Source: Clostridia bacterium | GTDB lineage: Bacteria > Bacillota > Clostridia > Christensenellales > CAG-138 | Direction: 5' to 3' | Assembly: GCA_017448545.1 (NCBI GenBank) | Contig: JAFSLH010000007.1 | Coordinates: forward strand, 27,460-91,459 | Length of the DNA stretch: 64,000 bases | Part shown: piece after piece, positions 62,739 to 64,000 of the stretch | Numbering within the stretch: the first letter of the stretch is position 1 | Layout of the letters: each line of letters starts with the position of its first letter | Notes under the pieces: generated by a model | What the model was told of the DNA's origin: nothing | Databases searched by the model: none | The model's input: the letters and a program-made list of their open reading frames with translations, nothing else | Program-made: the position numbers and the translations under genes

Positions 62739-63713
62739 TTATTGCAGCGCGTCGCGCAGTACGATAAGGTTGCGCTCCATGACGGCGAGGTAGGTTTCGC
62801 CCGCGTTCGCTTCCTGCTGCGTCACCGACTGCATCGAATCGAGCGAACGGATGGCCTGATCCTGCGTCGCGGTGGAGCGCACGACCGTTTCGGCGATTTT
62901 GCGGTCCGAGCCGTCGATCACGAGCACCGTGTGCAGGGACAGCGCATCGACCTTGCCGGCAAGGAACAGGATCGTTTCGAAGCTGGCTTCGGTTTCCGCC
63001 GAGCAGCCCGCAAACGCCGCGTAGTACGAAAGTCCGTAATCGTCCGCGAGATAGCGGAACGGGAACCGGTCGCCGAACAGCAGCTTTTTTTGCGGCGCTG
63101 CGCTGACCGCCGCCGCGTACGCATCGTCGAGCGCGGACAGCTTCGCCCGGTAGGACGCCGCGTTTGCGGCGTAGGATTCGGCGTTTGTCGGGTCAAGCGA
63201 GGCGAGCGCATCCGCGATCGCGTCCGTGCAGACCGAAGCGTTTTTAAGGGAAAGCCAGATATGCTCGTCGAGCGCGCCTTCTTCGGCTTCGCCCTCCATG
63301 CCCTCAATCAGCTCTTCCGCTTTGGCCGCGTCGCCGAGCACGTCCAGAAGGTTCAGCGCAACCATGTCCGGGTTTTTCGCCTGCTGCAGAACGTTCTTCA
63401 CCCAGTCGTCGGACTCGCCGCCGACATAGACGAACAGGTCGCAGGAAGAGATCATAATCATATCGTCGACGGTCGCCGCGTAGCTGTGCAGGTCGACGCC
63501 GTTTTGCACGAGCAGGGACAGCGACGCGCCGCCCGGATTGTCGCCGAGCACGTTTTTCGCCCAGTCGTAAAGCGGAAAGATCGTTGCGACGACGCGCAGC
63601 GTTTCGTCCGACTGCGCTTTCGGCGCGCCGCAGCCGAGGACGGGCGCACAGAGCAGAACCGCGCAAAGCAGCGCGGCGATCGTCCGGATTGCCGTTTTTT
63701 GTCGTGTTTGCAT
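62739..63713 (-). CDS. Metal (Zn/Mn) ABC transporter substrate-binding lipoprotein, ZnuA/TroA cluster-9 family
   Basis: 324 aa. Lipobox LGCG. VVATIFPLYDW, an acidic/His-poor loop region and C-terminal helix pattern of ZnuA/AdcA-like SBPs. No cognate permease or ATPase adjacent. Confidence 0.8.
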   Translation of the reverse strand: MQTRQKTAIRTIAALLCAVLLCAPVLGCGAPKAQSDETLRVVATIFPLYDWAKNVLGDNPGGASLSLLVQNGVDLHSYAATVDDMIMISSCDLFVYVGGESDDWVKNVLQQAKNPDMVALNLLDVLGDAAKAEELIEGMEGEAEEGALDEHIWLSLKNASVCTDAIADALASLDPTNAESYAANAASYRAKLSALDDAYAAAVSAAPQKKLLFGDRFPFRYLADDYGLSYYAAFAGCSAETEASFETILFLAGKVDALSLHTVLVIDGSDRKIAETVVRSTATQDQAIRSLDSMQSVTQQEANAGETYLAVMERNLIVLRDALQ

Positions 63714-63748
63714 CGCGTTTCCCTCCTTTTTGCCGAAAAGTCATGCCC

Positions 63749-63777
63749 ATTATAGGCGGCGGCAGCGGCTTTGTCAA
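63749..63777 (-). promoter_or_regulatory. Consensus sigma-A promoter of the ZnuA-like gene
   Basis: Minus strand TTGACA (63772-63777), 17 bp, TATAAT (63749-63754). The partially palindromic GAAAATCGGGAATTGTTTTC lies just upstream. Confidence 0.6.
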
Positions 63778-63921
63778 GAAAATCGGGAATTGTTTTCAAA
63801 TTCCATACAGAGCGGGGCGGACCGCTTCCCGGGGGCGAAATTCAAAGAAAATTCACGCCCAAGGGCAGGGGTTTGTGCTATACTGTATTCGTATGAGACT
63901 ATGCCGAAAGGGGGACGCGCG

Positions 63922-64000
63922 ATGCGGAAGCTTTGGAAAAACCGACCGCTTTGGATTGCGGCAGTGCTGTTTGCGCTGTGCATCGTCCTTGCCGCGTTTA
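63922..64000 (+). CDS. Start of a membrane/secreted protein (partial, runs off the window)
   Basis: ATG 63922 is preceded by AAAGGGGGA. MRKLWKNRPLWIAAVLFALCIVLAAF looks like a signal/TM segment. An extended -10 (TGCTATACT) lies upstream. Confidence 0.35.
   Translation, partial: MRKLWKNRPLWIAAVLFALCIVLAAF

Overview
GC-rich chromosomal segment from a spore-forming Firmicute. Clostridia, probably Oscillospiraceae/Ruminococcaceae-like, is my inference from gene content and sequence style. The window spans the replication origin. dnaA (55675-57000) and dnaN (57260-58354) flank an intergenic oriC that has one perfect and about eight near-consensus DnaA boxes, a candidate DnaA-trio array and an AT-rich unwinding tract. 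I can support about 54 protein-coding genes. They include housekeeping genes (mnmG, rsmG, gyrB, gyrA, rplU-prp-rpmA, dapA, dapB, pckA, murG, a PBP, lgt, guaB and a GATase-less guaA). Sporulation genes are spoIVA, spoIIP, gpr and spmA/spmB. There are also transporters, several peptidases, a tandem pair of COG0523-type metallochaperone GTPases, and a Trp T-box leader in front of a stand-alone trpB2. I found no rRNA, tRNA, CRISPR array, transposase or integrase. The most unusual signal is non-coding. At least nine intergenic gaps are assembled from one small vocabulary of short palindromic or tandem modules, reused in both orientations like REP/BIME or MITE mosaics. The modules include CAATTCACG arrays, a CTGTTCAAAGCGCTTTGAACAG palindrome, CCTCCCC..GGGGAGG hairpins, ACCCTACAACCC units and TTTASAG heptads. 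One such mosaic sits beside an exact 87-bp duplication of the 5' end of a chromate-transporter gene. Other items worth a second look are a GDPD / GH36 / RCC1-phosphodiester-glycosidase operon, the His/Asp-rich COG0523 pair, a parS-like palindrome after rsmG, an AT-rich repeat island between convergent genes, and a low-GC islet at 61.1-62.3 kb. Many long ORFs in the six-frame track are antisense shadows caused by the high GC content and were rejected. All homology calls rest on motif recognition from memory. No database search was run.
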